From: a virus
Lineage: Duplodnaviria > Caudoviricetes
IMG/VR virus record: IMGVR_UViG_3300022217_000002
Location: 1 to 45,941 of that record
Length of the DNA stretch: 45,941 bases
Direction: 5' to 3' (one strand)
A model generated the notes under the pieces. That model saw only the letters and a list, made by a program, of their open reading frames with translations. It had not been told where the DNA came from and ran no database searches. Of the stretch, positions 29,023-37,353 are shown piece after piece (the first letter of the stretch is position 1; each line of letters begins with the position of its first letter). The position numbers and the translations under genes were made by a program.

Positions 29023-29202
29023 ATGAAAACAGTAATCGTCAACGGACACGAGGTCGACATGGATGCGGCGGTCAACTTGATGGATGACAATATCCGCGAT
29101 TCCTTGCATGGGATAATGGCTCCATGCGGAGACCAAGAGTTTATAGATGCCTATTGCGCCGCTCATAGGGATAAATACGGTATTGAGTTTGAGGTTGTAT
29201 AG
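29023..29202 (+). CDS. acrIC5: AcrIC5-like anti-CRISPR protein, 59 aa (not in ORF track)
   Basis: MKTVIVNGHEVDMDAAVNLMDDNIRDSLHGIMAPCGDQEFIDAYCAAHRDKYGIEFEVV matches the recalled AcrIC5 pattern NG..ID.DAAVNLMD...R..LH.......DQEF.DAY..AH..K...EF; GGAG SD. Confidence 0.85.
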   Translation: MKTVIVNGHEVDMDAAVNLMDDNIRDSLHGIMAPCGDQEFIDAYCAAHRDKYGIEFEVV

Positions 29203-29274
29203 AGTGCGCAAGGCTCATGCGAGAAGCTGGCGACTGGTGGGCGGAAGAAGAACAGAATTTGGAAGAGGACTGAC

Positions 29275-29547
29275 ATGATCTGCCCGCACTGCGGAAAATC
29301 AATAGCGAAAAAGGAGAGCCACCCGCTTGTTGTGGCGGATCTTAAGAAGCGGGCCGACCGGGCCTTGGTGGCCTTGGCTCGCGATGGCCTTGGGGCGTGG
29401 CTCAAGCGGCGCAATTGCACGGCCTACCGTCTGGCGAAACTGCTGGGCACCAATCCCAGCACCGTGCGTAGTTGGATGGTGAGGGGCCACATTCCTCCTG
29501 TTGGGCTCGCAGCCATCAGGGGGCTTGTTCTTGAAGGCAGGGTCTAG
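29275..29547 (+). CDS. HTH protein, Aca-like regulator candidate
   Basis: TAYRLAKLLGTNPSTVRSW helix-turn-helix; N-terminal CPHC; directly after the acr gene. Confidence 0.75.
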   Translation: MICPHCGKSIAKKESHPLVVADLKKRADRALVALARDGLGAWLKRRNCTAYRLAKLLGTNPSTVRSWMVRGHIPPVGLAAIRGLVLEGRV

Positions 29548-29610
29548 CCTCTCGTGGCGTCCGCTCCACTTTTTTTATTCCCCGTGTAAGATATTCATCT
29601 AACTTCTGCG

Positions 29611-29640
29611 TTGACATCTGTAATCTTATAATGTTATACA
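29611..29640 (+). promoter_or_regulatory. Early promoter
   Basis: TTGACA-N18-TATACA with TGn extension; shares CGTTGACATC and TATAC with the 28933 promoter. Confidence 0.65.
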
Positions 29641-29723
29641 GCATGGCGACGCTTGAGAAAGGCAAGGGGGAGATACTCAGTCTCTCGGGAGTCGGAACCA
29701 AGCGAAACGGAAAGGGAAGATGA

Positions 29724-30062
29724 ATGGAACGTGAAATAATCCAACAACAAATTGCCATAGAAGACGCGAGACAGGCGGAACACGGCGCGAACGCCTCAAA
29801 ATTACGGGGGATGTATTGCGACAACTATTCAAAATACAAAAAAGGAACCGAGGTTTCCGTCATCAGGAAAACCGGACGCGTGATCATGCATTGCGTTATC
29901 TCTGGCGTTTTTATGCGGACACATTCAGCGAGAACAACCGGGATGCCTGACTGTGCGGATGATCCTGAATTTTGTTACACGATACATCAGAAAAGAACTA
30001 ATTCGCGGCCTGTTCAAATTCACCTAAGGAGTGGGGATAAAATAGCAAGGGTGGCGACCTAG
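29724..30062 (+). CDS. Hypothetical early protein
   Basis: 112-aa ORF with SD after the promoter. Confidence 0.65.
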   Translation: MEREIIQQQIAIEDARQAEHGANASKLRGMYCDNYSKYKKGTEVSVIRKTGRVIMHCVISGVFMRTHSARTTGMPDCADDPEFCYTIHQKRTNSRPVQIHLRSGDKIARVAT

Positions 30063-30136
30063 CCGCCTCAACCTTGAATGAGCCCAAGGAAAGAACACGA
30101 ACCAAAAAACCAAGCGAAACAGAAAGGAAAGCAGAG

Positions 30137-30250
30137 ATGAACAGGAGAGAAAAACTAGAACGAAGGGCCGAGCGGCGCGGGTCGTGGTGCGGGCGGCGCG
30201 AACGCCTCCCCGGAGCACTCAACAAGAAGATGGAAGAGGTGCCGTCATGA
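30137..30250 (+). CDS. 37-aa Arg-rich peptide, possibly a truncated gene
   Basis: AGAAAGGA SD; MNRREKLERRAERRGSW...; stop overlaps the next ATG. Confidence 0.4.
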   Translation: MNRREKLERRAERRGSWCGRRERLPGALNKKMEEVPS

Positions 30251-30423
30251 CCGCGAGCCACACAGACCTTGTCGGGGCCGTACAGGAGAGCCGGGAGGCT
30301 CTCAATGCGGCCAGAGGGCGGGAAGAGCGGCGCGCTTGCGCCGCCATCCTTGAAGACCGTCTCTTGACCCTACAAGGCTCCATCGAGTTGTCGCGGGCGC
30401 AATACTGGAGGGCTACGGCATGA
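30247..30423 (+). CDS. Hypothetical protein
   Basis: ATGA coupling at both ends; GAGGT SD. Confidence 0.55.
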   Translation: MTASHTDLVGAVQESREALNAARGREERRACAAILEDRLLTLQGSIELSRAQYWRATA

Positions 30424-30794
30424 CGACGAAAGCATTGGGCTACGCATTGATATTGTGGAACGGCCAGCAGATCGGGCAGCGTCCGAGAACAAAGCTGGCG
30501 TGGATCACGGAACGCAAAGGCAGGGATCTGCGTGCGGACATCGTAAGCGACAAGGGGTTGTCCCTGTACAAAAACGCACGAAAGAAAGTATCGGAAAGCG
30601 TGCTTGAAGAGGCCCGCAGTGCCATCGCCAAGGCGGAGGCAAGCGTAGATCCCGACACGCTGGATGCGATGAAGGAAATCTATGAAGCGGACGTGAGGGG
30701 AAGCACCAACCCAGAGAAAACGGCAGAGGCGATTGATCGCGCCGCGAAGCTGGGAACCACGGCCATCTTCAAAGCCGAAAGAGGTGGGTCGTGA
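30420..30794 (+). CDS. Hypothetical protein
   Basis: GGAGG SD; repeated AIAKAE/AIFKAE motif. Confidence 0.65.
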   Translation: MTTKALGYALILWNGQQIGQRPRTKLAWITERKGRDLRADIVSDKGLSLYKNARKKVSESVLEEARSAIAKAEASVDPDTLDAMKEIYEADVRGSTNPEKTAEAIDRAAKLGTTAIFKAERGGS

Positions 30795-30886
30795 ACGCCG
30801 ACATGATCAGGAAATCAACGTAAATGAGTAGATACCATAAAGCGATCTCAAGCGATTAGTTCGCGGAACAATTAAGGAGGAGACAA

Positions 30887-31189
30887 ATGGATAATAAAGC
30901 AAAGGGAGATGCGGCGGTAGAAGTAGAACCGAAAGATGTTTGGTGGTGTGAAACCTGCAAAACCAAAGAAGAACTAAGCCGTGATGAGATGATGGAACAC
31001 CTTAGATCAGAACATGGTTTAGACACTAAGAATCTGACGGGGACTCGCTCAATGGTCATGCACATGGATGGAGATACGTGGTTCAGCTATGTGTGGTCGT
31101 GGAAGTTTGAAACCGAAAAAGGTGAAGTTTTTTTACGGAATGAAACGCTACAGCCCCGAGCAATGGATGACATGATGCGATATACCTAA
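30887..31189 (+). CDS. C2H2 zinc-finger-like small protein
   Basis: AAGGAGG SD; CETC...HLRSEH. Confidence 0.7.
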   Translation: MDNKAKGDAAVEVEPKDVWWCETCKTKEELSRDEMMEHLRSEHGLDTKNLTGTRSMVMHMDGDTWFSYVWSWKFETEKGEVFLRNETLQPRAMDDMMRYT

Positions 31190-31250
31190 CGCCACGGATC
31201 AGGGGCGGGTGCCCTTATATCAAATTGATACAAATTGATATGGAGTTGAT

Positions 31251-31478
31251 ATGAAAGAATTTTGGGAAAACAAAGACGGGGTACACCTCGTGGGCAGATC
31301 AGTCCAGAGCGGGGGCGAGTTTACCCTTTGTGGCGACTCATTCGATATCGCTGGCACCGAGAGTGACTTCGAAGCTGGCGAGCTTGTCAAAACATCAAAG
31401 TCGCGCTCCATGATCTGGTTAGCCATGCCTGCGAACGCTGCAACGGAGATGGGTATTACCTTTGCGAGCTTAAAATGA
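31251..31478 (+). CDS. Hypothetical protein, probably chimeric
   Basis: GGAG SD; reads through an attC half-site at 31401-31424. Confidence 0.45.
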   Translation: MKEFWENKDGVHLVGRSVQSGGEFTLCGDSFDIAGTESDFEAGELVKTSKSRSMIWLAMPANAATEMGITFASLK

Positions 31479-31612
31479 TCGACGTCCCATGTCCAGATTG
31501 TGGCGGGCTTGGATGCGTTGAGGGTGAAAGTGAAGAAATGGAAATCTGGTAAGGCTAACAATAATTGAACGAACACGTGTCGTATATCAACGACGCCAAT
31601 TTGGGAATAAGC

Positions 31613-31846
31613 ATGGACAACGAAAACACCGAACACAGGCCCGACATCGTACCGCAGGCCATGGCTGGCCGGGTGGTCGGCAAGGACCGGGCATACGTCC
31701 ACACCCTGCTCAGTCGCGACCACATCCGACCTGTGGAGGTATACGGCGAACGATGGGTGAGTCTGACCGAAATCAGGGTGTGGATGGCGAAGATGGAGGT
31801 CCTGCAATGCAGGAACCGGGGCCGCAAAAGCCATTCCAAATTTTGA
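31613..31846 (+). CDS. Excisionase-like small DNA-binding protein candidate
   Basis: QAMAGRVVGKDRAYVHTLLSRDHIRPV...RWVSLTEI winged-HTH pattern. Confidence 0.55.
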   Translation: MDNENTEHRPDIVPQAMAGRVVGKDRAYVHTLLSRDHIRPVEVYGERWVSLTEIRVWMAKMEVLQCRNRGRKSHSKF

Positions 31847-31991
31847 GACGAATCCCAGGGTTCGATCCTGTCCGCTGGTGACAAAAACTGCCAAAGACAC
31901 CCGTGTTTTCACCAGATATTGAAGATTTTTTGCCATATTTGAACTAAAGGCTTAAATCATGCACACATTTGCATAGAAAAAGAGAGACCCC

Positions 31992-32267
31992 GTGAACTGC
32001 GAAGACTATATCTGGTCGTGGACGGTGGACGGCGGCGGCGTATTCACGCACAGCCACGGTGCTGAAAACGTGATAGGCATACCCGACGCCGCACTTGTAG
32101 GCAAACCGGCAAAAAGGCTGTCCCACATACTAGCGTGCTGCAAGAGAAGCAAGTGGTGTGATGCAATTCAGTATAAAGAGATGGAACTCTACTGCATTGC
32201 AGAAATGACGTTTTCTGAGAATGGAGGCGAGCACACGGGGTTCAGGGGGGTGTGCGCCAGATCCTAA
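31992..32267 (+). CDS. Stand-alone PAS-like domain protein
   Basis: WTVDGGGVFTH...AENVIGIPDAALVGK and C-terminal GEHTGFRGV PAC-like motif. Confidence 0.55.
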   Translation: MNCEDYIWSWTVDGGGVFTHSHGAENVIGIPDAALVGKPAKRLSHILACCKRSKWCDAIQYKEMELYCIAEMTFSENGGEHTGFRGVCARS

Positions 32268-32731
32268 CCCCTGCCCTGCCGCCGCCCTTCCCTCTTCTTC
32301 TTCATCAGCTCCTGGGCGAGGTCCACGTGGTGTTCGCCATCGGCCTTAAATCCACAACGCTGGGCCATGGACACCACCATTTCACGGTCGGCGGGCCTGG
32401 CCTCGTAGGCGATCCAGTGCGCGAGCTGCTCGTAGAAGGTGGGCCCCTTGACATGCAGCCCGACCGAAACCGTCCAGTCGCCCTCCCCGCCTGCCCTGCA
32501 ATAGGCCAGCTCTTCCTCGTTGAGGTATTTCCGGATATGGGGGAGCATGCCGTTCAGGGTACTGGCCCGTATCGCCGTGCCGCCGCCCTCCACAAGCCGG
32601 GCCAGTTGCGGAGCTGAAATGCCCAGCATGATGGCGATCTGCCGGTCGGAGATGTTGTTGCTGGACTGCTCTTCGTCTCGAAACGCGATTATTGCCTCTC
32701 TTATGGCGTCGATCAACTGAACTTCCGACAT
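32264..32731 (-). CDS. HTH repressor candidate (CI-like, no peptidase domain)
   Basis: AAGGAG SD before MSEVQ; SDRQIAIMLGISAPQLARL HTH; divergent from the early operon. Confidence 0.7.
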   Translation of the reverse strand: MSEVQLIDAIREAIIAFRDEEQSSNNISDRQIAIMLGISAPQLARLVEGGGTAIRASTLNGMLPHIRKYLNEEELAYCRAGGEGDWTVSVGLHVKGPTFYEQLAHWIAYEARPADREMVVSMAQRCGFKADGEHHVDLAQELMKKKREGRRQGRG

Positions 32732-32789
32732 GGCCGTCTCCTTCCTTGATTTGGCTTGGTCTGACCACAGAAGACACCCGCACGCGGTA

Positions 32790-32846
32790 GATTGCAATAT
32801 ATTTTTATATATTATTATTGACCGGCGATAGATAATTGTGTAACAC
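32790..32846. promoter_or_regulatory. AT-rich divergent promoter region
   Basis: TTGACC-N17-TAACAC rightward; AT-only tract between divergent regulator genes. Confidence 0.55.
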
Positions 32847-32881
32847 CTCCCACCACTTAACCAACCGAAAGGCCGCATCCA

Positions 32882-33055
32882 ATGTCCGAACCCCGAAGTA
32901 CGAGAGACGTTTTTACTACCATGGCGGTTACGCGCAGCAACCTCGAAATGGCGAAAAACCTCCAGCCAGAAGAGGCAAAGTTCAAGTTCTGGTTCAATCA
33001 ATGGCTGCGGGAAAAGCTCATGGCCGACTTGTATATCAAAAACCACGGGAACTGA
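32882..33055 (+). CDS. 57-aa Cro-position protein, ribbon-helix-helix-like (not in ORF track)
   Basis: GAAAGG SD; TTMAVTRSNLEMAK...FNQWLREKL. Confidence 0.45.
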   Translation: MSEPRSTRDVFTTMAVTRSNLEMAKNLQPEEAKFKFWFNQWLREKLMADLYIKNHGN

Positions 33056-33070
33056 TTTTTTTTATCCGCC

Positions 33071-33322
33071 ATGCAATATATTAATCTAAAACCCGAGCAT
33101 GTTTTGGCCGTCATCGCGGCTGCTGTGGTGGCGATTATCTCCGCCGCAATCGTGGGCTGCGTCTTCGCGGTCCTACTGATTGGGAAAGAGGATGAGGGTT
33201 GCAAGCCCGAGAAGCGGTGCAGCAACTGCGGGCGATTCGACAAGGAAAAGCCCGTGCCCCCCGAATGCGGGGTGTGCATGCCCCACTATCCCGTAGCCCC
33301 AAAGTGGATACCAAGAAAATGA
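33071..33322 (+). CDS. Membrane-anchored Cys-rich protein
   Basis: TM segment then CSNC...CGVC. Confidence 0.6.
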   Translation: MQYINLKPEHVLAVIAAAVVAIISAAIVGCVFAVLLIGKEDEGCKPEKRCSNCGRFDKEKPVPPECGVCMPHYPVAPKWIPRK

Positions 33323-33462
33323 TCGGATGCTACCCACCCGGATTCGGATCAAGCCGCGACTGGGCGCACGTCTGCGGCGAGGACTTGCTCGACGACGATC
33401 AAGAGGACCGCCCCGCGTTCGACCCCTGCGACGACGACGGGGGCTACTCTCAAAGCGACTGA
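33319..33462 (+). CDS. 47-aa acidic peptide
   Basis: ATGA coupling; YPPG start and Asp-rich tail. Confidence 0.45.
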   Translation: MIGCYPPGFGSSRDWAHVCGEDLLDDDQEDRPAFDPCDDDGGYSQSD

Positions 33463-33494
33463 TTAAAACAACCAAGCGAAAAGGAGAAAAGACC

Positions 33495-33671
33495 ATGCCA
33501 TCGAACACCCCAAGCAAGAAAACCATAGGCGTCAACATGAAGAAGGAAATGGCGGCTGAGCTGGAACGCCGTGCGGCGTCGATGAACCTCTCAACAGGCG
33601 CGTACTGCAAGATCATCCTAACCAGATGGATGGAGTCGGGCAAGAAGCTGACGTTGCAGGAGAAGAAATAG
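33495..33671 (+). CDS. Ribbon-helix-helix DNA-binding protein
   Basis: AAGGAG SD; KTIGVNMKKEMAAELERRAASMNLSTGAYCKIIL Arc/CopG pattern. Confidence 0.75.
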   Translation: MPSNTPSKKTIGVNMKKEMAAELERRAASMNLSTGAYCKIILTRWMESGKKLTLQEKK

Positions 33672-33678
33672 GAGAAAG

Positions 33679-33708
33679 AAAAAAGCCCCTCCTTGCGAAG
33701 GGAGGGGC
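33679..33708 (-). terminator. Strong hairpin, intrinsic terminator for minus-strand transcripts
   Basis: GCCCCTCCTT-GCGA-AGGGAGGGGC preceded by A6, i.e. a U-tract on the minus strand. Confidence 0.55.
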
Positions 33709-33811
33709 AACCAAGCTCCATCAGAAAGGATTCCGAAAGAACGGGGCGGATAGTGCCCGAAAATTTTGAACGAGTCAACAACAGATCAACAGAACAAGGA
33801 GAACCGGAACC

Positions 33812-34756
33812 ATGGACGATACAAAAAACAATATGCTGGACAAACCGAAAGAAACGCAAGAGCTGGCTCTAGTTGCCGGGTACGGCACCGCAGGCGGCTT
33901 TGAACTCATGCAGCGCCAAGCCAGGGCGCTTGCGGCTTCGCAGCTCATACCCAAAAACTTTCAGGGCCAAATCCCCGACTGCATCATCGCGCTTGAGATG
34001 GCGAGCAGGATAGGAGCGAGTCCCTTTGCGGTCTTGCAGAACCTCTACATTGTCCACGGCAAGCCCGCATGGTCGGCTCAGTTCCTCGTGTCCTGCATCA
34101 ATGCTTGCGGACGGTTTTCGCCCCTGCGCTACAAGCAGACAGGGAAGAAGGGAACCGACACTTGGGGATGCGTTGCGTGGGCCAAGGATCTGAACGACGG
34201 CGAAGTCCTAGAGTCGCCGGAAGTCACCATCGGAATGGCGAAGGCGGAGGGCTGGGTAAGCAAGGCGGGATCCAAATGGAAGACCCTGCCCGAACTCATG
34301 CTGCGCTATCGCGCCGCCACTTTTTTTGCCCGCACCTACGCCCCTGACGTGACGATGGGCATGGTCACAAATGATGAGGCCCACGAGATCGCGGCCCGCG
34401 ATGTAGAGGTTTCGGATTCCCCGGCAAAAGAGCATGCCGCCGACACGGACCTCGAAGAGCCCAGCATCCCGCCCTCTTCCGATGTGGGTGAAGAAAAGAA
34501 AAAGAGCGAACCCGCCAAGAAGAAGAAAGGGGAAGCCGCCAAAAAGCCCGCCGCCGCAGGGAGGGGCTTGCCGCCCGTTGACGAACTCGGCAAGCCCGCC
34601 TGTCTGGCGGAAATGGGGCTTCACGCCGAAAAACCTTATTATGCCGAGGTGCTGGCCCGGCACATATCGGGCGACTTCGCTCCCAAGGACTGCCCCGCTT
34701 CCACGTTGCGCGATGTAGTCGCGGACCTGAGGGCCGAGGCCGACAAGGAAACATAA
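33812..34756 (+). CDS. RecT-like single-strand annealing protein
   Basis: LIPKNFQG...LQNLYIVHGKP, KWKTLPELMLRYRA and PDVTMG motifs. Confidence 0.8.
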   Translation: MDDTKNNMLDKPKETQELALVAGYGTAGGFELMQRQARALAASQLIPKNFQGQIPDCIIALEMASRIGASPFAVLQNLYIVHGKPAWSAQFLVSCINACGRFSPLRYKQTGKKGTDTWGCVAWAKDLNDGEVLESPEVTIGMAKAEGWVSKAGSKWKTLPELMLRYRAATFFARTYAPDVTMGMVTNDEAHEIAARDVEVSDSPAKEHAADTDLEEPSIPPSSDVGEEKKKSEPAKKKKGEAAKKPAAAGRGLPPVDELGKPACLAEMGLHAEKPYYAEVLARHISGDFAPKDCPASTLRDVVADLRAEADKET

Positions 34757-34766
34757 GCATCAATTC

Positions 34767-34839
34767 AAAAGGGGGCCGGGAGTCCGGGCGGCGGTTTTTG
34801 CCTCATCCCCCCGCCGCTGCGAAAGCACCCCCGCTTTTT
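34767..34839 (+). ncRNA. Candidate four-way-junction small RNA
   Basis: Four contiguous helices with no unpaired junction bases, followed by TTTTT. Confidence 0.5.
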
Positions 34840-34860
34840 AAACAATAGGAGAACAAAAAT

Positions 34861-35436
34861 ATGAGTGACGACATTCTCAAGACCCTTGGAATCACCAAGG
34901 ATGAGATGCAAACGAGAATTATCAACCGCGCTGTGCAAGAACTACTTGCACGCGGTTCGCTTGATGATGGTGATGAGTTCGAGACAGGTGTTGTAGCTCG
35001 CAAGCTTGATGAGCTCCTGACTCAGCGCATAGAAGAAAAAGTCGGCGAACTCGCCGATAAACATGTCTTTCCGCAGCTCGACATGTATATCGAACAATTG
35101 ACCCTCCAAAAAACAAACGAGTGGGGCGAAGCGAAAGGAAAGAAAACCACTTTCATTGAATACCTCGTTGAGCATGCCAACGAATACATGCTCGAAGCGG
35201 TTGACTACGAGGGCAAAAGCCGGCACGAAACACGACGCTCGGGCTCTAGTTTCCGTGAGGCGGGAACACGCATCTCCTATGCAATAGACAAGCACCTTCA
35301 GTACTCCATCGAAACCGCAATGGAAGAAGCTCTCTCCGATGTGAACTCGCAGTTGGCCGAGGGTATCGCGAAGGCGTGCAAAATAAAAATCAAAGAACTC
35401 ACCGAAACCCTCAAAGTCAAAGTAGAGACAAAATAG
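34861..35436 (+). CDS. Hypothetical phage protein
   Basis: AGGAG SD; 191 aa. Confidence 0.75.
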   Translation: MSDDILKTLGITKDEMQTRIINRAVQELLARGSLDDGDEFETGVVARKLDELLTQRIEEKVGELADKHVFPQLDMYIEQLTLQKTNEWGEAKGKKTTFIEYLVEHANEYMLEAVDYEGKSRHETRRSGSSFREAGTRISYAIDKHLQYSIETAMEEALSDVNSQLAEGIAKACKIKIKELTETLKVKVETK

Positions 35437-35450
35437 GAGAAGCAATCATC

Positions 35451-36593
35451 ATGGCAGCAAAACAAAAAACAATCCGCACGTCCTCGCTTCCGAGACTGGC
35501 GCTCTGTCCGGGCTCGTTTGCCGCGTCCCAAGGGCTGGAAAGCAAGAAGACCGCCGAATCGGAATCTGGCGACCGCGTGCATCTCGCGCTGCAATCGCAC
35601 TATCTCGGCGTGGAGTTCGACGAATCGCGGTTGACCGACCGCGAAAGCATGGTCTTCCGCTGGTTCCGCAAGGAGGCCGACGCCCTTATCGAGAAGCACG
35701 GCGGCGCATCGAGCGTGTTGCCCGAATACGTACTCGGCAACCCCATCCCCGGAACAGATATTATTTTGACGGGGCACGTCGATTTGGTCGTGATCTGTGA
35801 AGACGGCATTATACTAATCTTTGATTGGAAATCGGGATTCCTCGAAGTCCCGCCCGCGAAGAATAACCTCCAGCTCGTGGGCTATTGCTGGGGCGTTGCT
35901 GAAACAATAAGGGAGACGGGGGAAGTTGGTTTTAAGCAAATCCACTCCTACCTTTTCAGTTCCGGCAGCGAAAAGGCATTCACGGGTGCGAGATTCTCGA
36001 AAGAGCACTTGGCCCAATCCGGCGAATATATCCGCAAAGTCGCCATGGACTGCATGGCCGAGGATGCGCCGCGCTGCCCCGGCAATGAGCAGTGCCGGTA
36101 CTGTCCGGCCAAATGTACCGACCGTTGCCCCGAGTCGCGGGACTGGGTCAGGCAGGCCGCTGTCGGCATGGAGCTGATGAAGACCGAGGAGCCCCGGCTT
36201 CCCGCCGACAAGCAGGAGGTTGTGAGAGTCTTCAAGGCCATCAAGCAGGTCGAGTCCTTCGGCAGAAAATTCATGTCCATGCTCAAGACCGAGGTGGTGG
36301 AGAACCCCGAGGCATGGGAGGGCATGTTCGAGCTCGAGCCCGGAAACACCGTGCGCTCCCTCGCAGACGTTCAAAGCGTCTACAACATTGTTGTGGGCGA
36401 CCACGGGCTTGTAGACACGGACACCTTCCTCCGCGTTGTGGCGCTCCCCATCGGCGATCTGGAGGCCCTACTCAAGGACCCACTCAAAGACGCGGGAGTG
36501 CTGGTGAAAAACCAGAAGGAATACCTTGCCGATATGCTCGGCGACTTGATCGAAACCAAGCAGAACTCGCCAAGCATAAAGGTGGTGGGCTAG
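35451..36593 (+). CDS. PD-(D/E)XK exonuclease (DUF2800/Cas4-like)
   Basis: CPGS, GHVD, DWKSG, NNLQLVGY and QCRYCPAKCTDRC motifs. Confidence 0.85.
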   Translation: MAAKQKTIRTSSLPRLALCPGSFAASQGLESKKTAESESGDRVHLALQSHYLGVEFDESRLTDRESMVFRWFRKEADALIEKHGGASSVLPEYVLGNPIPGTDIILTGHVDLVVICEDGIILIFDWKSGFLEVPPAKNNLQLVGYCWGVAETIRETGEVGFKQIHSYLFSSGSEKAFTGARFSKEHLAQSGEYIRKVAMDCMAEDAPRCPGNEQCRYCPAKCTDRCPESRDWVRQAAVGMELMKTEEPRLPADKQEVVRVFKAIKQVESFGRKFMSMLKTEVVENPEAWEGMFELEPGNTVRSLADVQSVYNIVVGDHGLVDTDTFLRVVALPIGDLEALLKDPLKDAGVLVKNQKEYLADMLGDLIETKQNSPSIKVVG

Positions 36594-36712
36594 TGCGCGA
36601 TCTGTCCATTTACGACAACGGGGCCGACCCCAACGTAGAGCGTGTGGAAGGCGAAGGCAATTACGGGGCGTTCAAGATCAGATTGGACGACACCCAAGGA
36701 AGGGAATAAATT

Positions 36713-37150
36713 ATGAACAAGCACGAATACGAAGGCGGCCCTGCCTTCCCGACGCAGACGGTAGAACGGATTGAAGGAGCCGCACAGAGTTTTGATATTC
36801 CGGGCATGACCTTGCGCGACTACCTCGCCGCGCATGCCCCGCCAGACCCGCAAAAGTGGTTCAAGCCGGTGGGTCCACAACACCCACTAATGCCGCCACT
36901 CGAACCGCCGAAAGAGATTGCAGACGATGCGGAAAGGCGGCTGCTCGCTAGTTGGCGGAGCGATCCTTGCTTCGATATCCGCCCCGCAGGCTGTTCGCCA
37001 GATGGTCTTAAATGGGTGGCCCGGTGGGAAGAATATTGGAAGGCCATTCTCAAATGGGAGGCCGGGAAATCCCGCGCCCTCTTCATCCAATGGCCCTACG
37101 CATGGGCCGACGCGGTACTGGAAGAGCAAAGAGGGTTGCAGGGGAAATGA
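36713..37150 (+). CDS. Hypothetical phage protein (GGPAFP...GMTLRDY family)
   Basis: Motifs GGPAFP, GMTLRDYLAA and YAWADAVL. Confidence 0.75.
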   Translation: MNKHEYEGGPAFPTQTVERIEGAAQSFDIPGMTLRDYLAAHAPPDPQKWFKPVGPQHPLMPPLEPPKEIADDAERRLLASWRSDPCFDIRPAGCSPDGLKWVARWEEYWKAILKWEAGKSRALFIQWPYAWADAVLEEQRGLQGK

Positions 37151-37353
37151 AGGTCACAACAACCAGAGAAATAACGACCAAGGAGTGTCCGTGGCTCAGG
37201 CAAGACATCCCGGCGGGAAGCACGTTTTTTGAATACCTGGGCCGGACCTATGGAGCGGTCTCCGCAACCGGAATCGCGGTTTCCGTCAGTGAAGGGAAGC
37301 GGCCATTCTTCGAGATCCCGGCAAACGCTGTCAAGAAGGGCGGTGGAGAATGA
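37147..37353 (+). CDS. Hypothetical protein
   Basis: ATGA coupling at both ends. Confidence 0.65.
   Translation: MKVTTTREITTKECPWLRQDIPAGSTFFEYLGRTYGAVSATGIAVSVSEGKRPFFEIPANAVKKGGGE

Noticed and set aside
35451-36593. CRISPR-associated Cas4
   Set aside because: No cas genes or array; context near a RecT-like gene fits a phage recombination exonuclease.
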